58,929 nucleotides of DNA from Candidatus Thorarchaeota archaeon SMTZ1-45 (GTDB taxonomy: Archaea; Asgardarchaeota; Thorarchaeia; Thorarchaeales; Thorarchaeaceae): positions 1 through 58,929 of the forward strand of contig LRSL01000019.1 of NCBI GenBank assembly GCA_001563335.1, given 5' to 3'. The notes beneath the pieces are model-generated. The model worked only from the letters and a program-made list of their open reading frames with translations, did not search any database and was not told the origin of the DNA. This document shows, piece by piece, positions 56,036 to 58,929 of the stretch (its first letter is position 1; each line of letters begins with the position of its first letter). A program made the position numbers and the translations under genes.

Positions 56036-58929
56036 ATGAACCGGAGACTATTGAGAGTCCAACTGGTTTCTGCTGTTTTTATCACAATAATGCTTGTTGG
56101 ATTCATTCCACAGGCCGTTTGGGCTGGCGAGATGATGCAACAAGAGGAACCACTATTTCAAGACCCATTGGCGAAATACGAGATAGATCCTGTATACATC
56201 TTTTATGATCCAACAAACAATCTGTTGAGAACGATAGCAGAAAATGTTCACCACGTGCTTGCGTTTCGGCTTGAACATATACAGATGGTACCAATCTGTG
56301 AATGGTCAAGCATGGATTATGAGTTAATGGCAGAACCATGGATTGCTATCTATGCATTAAGTTCTGACCTGACAACCGTTCATTTTCGTGACATGAACAT
56401 TACATGGGGTCAGTTCTACAGTATATTGGCAAAACATGACACAACACAACATATTGTTGGAATGGGAAATACATTATGCTTAGAACAATTCCTTGAGGGA
56501 ACGGACACTAATATTCGCACAAGCAAGGCAGAACAGGTAGATGGTTTACTTCTAGCTTTCTTTGATATGTGGACAATCCACGAAGCCATTTCAACAAGAG
56601 CCCACATAAGTAGTGACTATGAGAATGCGGCAGGAGATCTTCGAACCATTGCATTGAAGATATACGGTGACAACTTTGAAACATTCTTTGAGAGAAGTAT
56701 TGAACCAATCGACGCAGTTGGTGAGATTGATGAGGAGGCTCTAAAGAAGAGAACAGATGCAATGTGGGCTGAGCATGCGCCCACCATTGAACCAGCTTTC
56801 TATAAAATGAGTGAAGAAGGAAATCTTGTCGAGCTACAAGAGGAGGAGCTGCCAGAAGACTTCTCGCCTGCAATCAAGATAAGCACTGCAGCAGAAGTAT
56901 CATCAAGTGACTATATCCTTGGTGAGATTCCTCTACTTTCTGCTCTTAGGGGACCTATTGGTGAGATAATCGATGTTCTTTTGAGTGTCCTGGGTGACTC
57001 CGGTTCAACTGTCATCTCTATACCCACAGACCTTATTGAAACCATCAAGGGTCTATTCGAAGTTCTAGAACCAATAATTGGAATTGTAAAGGACTTTGAT
57101 CTCGAGTCTCCGCTGAAATCAATTGTGCAAGCCATAGCGAACGAGTTTCCATTCATGGCGGAATTCAAGGACTACTTGAATATTATATTGAAAGCTCTCT
57201 TCAACTTCAGAGGAGACATTGCAAGCATATTGGAAATAGTTGGAGAGCTCGTTACAGCGCTTTTACCTGATTCTGTTCCTGAAATGGTAAAGGACTTTAT
57301 CAGTCAAATCCTCGGTACTGAGGATGGTCTCTGGGATATCATCAGCAGCGTTGTTTCCGAGGGCAAAGGTGTATTTGACACTATATTCAGCTTCTTCACA
57401 AAGAATACACTACAAGCGTTTCTGAACAAGACTCTTGCTGCAACACTTGGAATGACCTCTATTCAGGTCTCGACTCTACTTCCACGAATCATAAGTCTCG
57501 TGGAGGCAACAATTGACTTCCTCGCGAGTAAGGACTTTGTAAAGTTTGTTGACACAATTGGTACAGACCTTCTTGGATCAATCCTCTCGGTCACAGGTCT
57601 GAGTGATGCTGTTGACAAAGTAATGTCTATTGTGAAGATGGGAATGTCTGCTTTCAAGATGCTGGATGACTTTGAAACTACAACTTTCCTAGAGTTCGGA
57701 GTTGAGATGTTGCAGGAGATTGTTGGTGAATCCAACATCTCTGATGGTGCTGAAGACCTCGCAAAGCAGATGATGGCAGTCATCAAATCTTTCCAAGAGG
57801 GAGAATTCAGTGATATCAATGGTTTCAAGTCGCAAATATCCAGCATCCTAGATTCAGAAACAAGTGGTGTGACTCAAGCAATCAAGGATGTTATTCGAGA
57901 TACTGTGACCATGCTCACTGGTTTCTTCAATGGTGCTTTCGACAAGAATCAACTACCTGATCTTTTTGAGATTGCTGCAGATTTGATTAATGAAGTCATA
58001 GGAGGGGGTGAAGCAGCTCAGGTAATTGATGCGCTTAATAGCGCTGTAAAACCAATCATGGGACTAATCGCTCTTGTTACTGACAGCGACGCTCTAAAGA
58101 ACATGATCAGCAAGACTGCCAGCAATTTCGTTTCTGAGCTTAGCGATGCTCCAACTATGATAAAGAATGCTCTAGCATATCTGGATGTAGAGAATGTCTT
58201 TAGCGGTATACCAGACTCTAACGATGTCCTGGATACAGCTGGACAGATAGTTGGCGGAATCATCACGATGATCCAGGGCATCAAGGGACAGTCATTCCAG
58301 GGTATCATGCAGTCGGTTCTAATGGCTGCTGGTTCGATTGTTGGTTCACTACCAGCATTTGATGATGTCCCAATCGATGCCTTTCTGAAACTTCTGCAAT
58401 CATTCTTCCCAGATGCTTTTGGCTTAAGTAAGGAGGATATGCCAAGCTCTACCGAGGTTATCACTGAGATACTAGGGTATGCCGAGGGACTCCTTGGAGG
58501 TAGTTTCGATGAAACCATGCTCGAAGACACACTGGAGTTCTTCATGGACATAAAGGACATCTTCACTAATGGTGTGAAATGGCTCCTTGGGAAGGTATTC
58601 GATTGGTTGAGTGGTCTCATTAATCCAGTCCTTGATGACATTGAGAGCACAATTGAAGGATTATTCGCAGGTCTTGACGACCTATTAGGCTTTTCAGGCA
58701 AGTTCCCAATCGGTCTTGGTGACTGGTCTCTCTTTGATCTAGAGTACGCTTTGGGAATCCGAGCCAATTTCGCAATTGACCTAAACCCGATATTCGACAT
58801 GATTGTGAGCATGATATTTGATGCTCGTGAGGTCTTCTCCACGGATAATATTGGAGACTTCTTCAAGACTATACTTAGCTTCTTCGAGATATCACCACAG
58901 TTCTACGCAGAGCTTGGCATTGGCGGTTT
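56036..58929 (+). CDS. Very large secreted protein with long amphipathic-helical region, truncated at window end
   Basis: Not in ORF track. ATG 56036 after GAGGAGG; MNRRLLRVQLVSAVFITIMLVGFIPQAVWA signal peptide; open for 964 codons to the window end; L/I/F/D/G/S-rich helices. Confidence 0.88.
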   Translation, partial: MNRRLLRVQLVSAVFITIMLVGFIPQAVWAGEMMQQEEPLFQDPLAKYEIDPVYIFYDPTNNLLRTIAENVHHVLAFRLEHIQMVPICEWSSMDYELMAEPWIAIYALSSDLTTVHFRDMNITWGQFYSILAKHDTTQHIVGMGNTLCLEQFLEGTDTNIRTSKAEQVDGLLLAFFDMWTIHEAISTRAHISSDYENAAGDLRTIALKIYGDNFETFFERSIEPIDAVGEIDEEALKKRTDAMWAEHAPTIEPAFYKMSEEGNLVELQEEELPEDFSPAIKISTAAEVSSSDYILGEIPLLSALRGPIGEIIDVLLSVLGDSGSTVISIPTDLIETIKGLFEVLEPIIGIVKDFDLESPLKSIVQAIANEFPFMAEFKDYLNIILKALFNFRGDIASILEIVGELVTALLPDSVPEMVKDFISQILGTEDGLWDIISSVVSEGKGVFDTIFSFFTKNTLQAFLNKTLAATLGMTSIQVSTLLPRIISLVEATIDFLASKDFVKFVDTIGTDLLGSILSVTGLSDAVDKVMSIVKMGMSAFKMLDDFETTTFLEFGVEMLQEIVGESNISDGAEDLAKQMMAVIKSFQEGEFSDINGFKSQISSILDSETSGVTQAIKDVIRDTVTMLTGFFNGAFDKNQLPDLFEIAADLINEVIGGGEAAQVIDALNSAVKPIMGLIALVTDSDALKNMISKTASNFVSELSDAPTMIKNALAYLDVENVFSGIPDSNDVLDTAGQIVGGIITMIQGIKGQSFQGIMQSVLMAAGSIVGSLPAFDDVPIDAFLKLLQSFFPDAFGLSKEDMPSSTEVITEILGYAEGLLGGSFDETMLEDTLEFFMDIKDIFTNGVKWLLGKVFDWLSGLINPVLDDIESTIEGLFAGLDDLLGFSGKFPIGLGDWSLFDLEYALGIRANFAIDLNPIFDMIVSMIFDAREVFSTDNIGDFFKTILSFFEISPQFYAELGIGG

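Noticed and set aside
55948-58866. Track ORFs in the last 3 kb, including the 282-aa minus-strand ORF at 58018-58866
   Set aside because: They are shadows of the single long plus-strand CDS starting at 56036.
56036-58929. Phage tape-measure protein or provirus
   Set aside because: The helices look similar, but the protein has a signal peptide and there are no integrase, capsid or tail genes in the window.

Overview
Gene-dense archaeal chromosomal window, most likely from an Asgard archaeon of the Thorarchaeota type. The assignment rests on archaeal TrpRS/HisRS/SAM synthetase/thermosome/Rpo6 plus a gelsolin-roadblock-longin cluster. About 45 CDSs; no rRNA, tRNA, CRISPR array or mobile element was recognised. 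Contents: partial trpS; an ion-homeostasis operon (NhaA, amphi-Trp, PhoU-like, CPA1 antiporter, SERCA-like P-type ATPase); a tandem duplicated membrane-protein pair; a protein resembling eukaryotic CINP/C1orf109; an HTH-CBS regulator divergent from SAM synthetase; surface and glycosylation genes; an orphan DNA methyltransferase; housekeeping genes including an HhH-fused Rpo6; a glycyl-radical enzyme operon of unknown substrate; ThiR with a thiamine ABC transporter; and a very large secreted amphipathic-helical protein (missed by the ORF track, runs off the end) behind a structured leader. Best leads: the CINP-like gene, the GRE operon, the gelsolin/roadblock/longin cluster, the switch-like leader at 55879-56035 and the HhH-Rpo6 fusion. 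All assignments are by-eye motif recognition; no searches were run.
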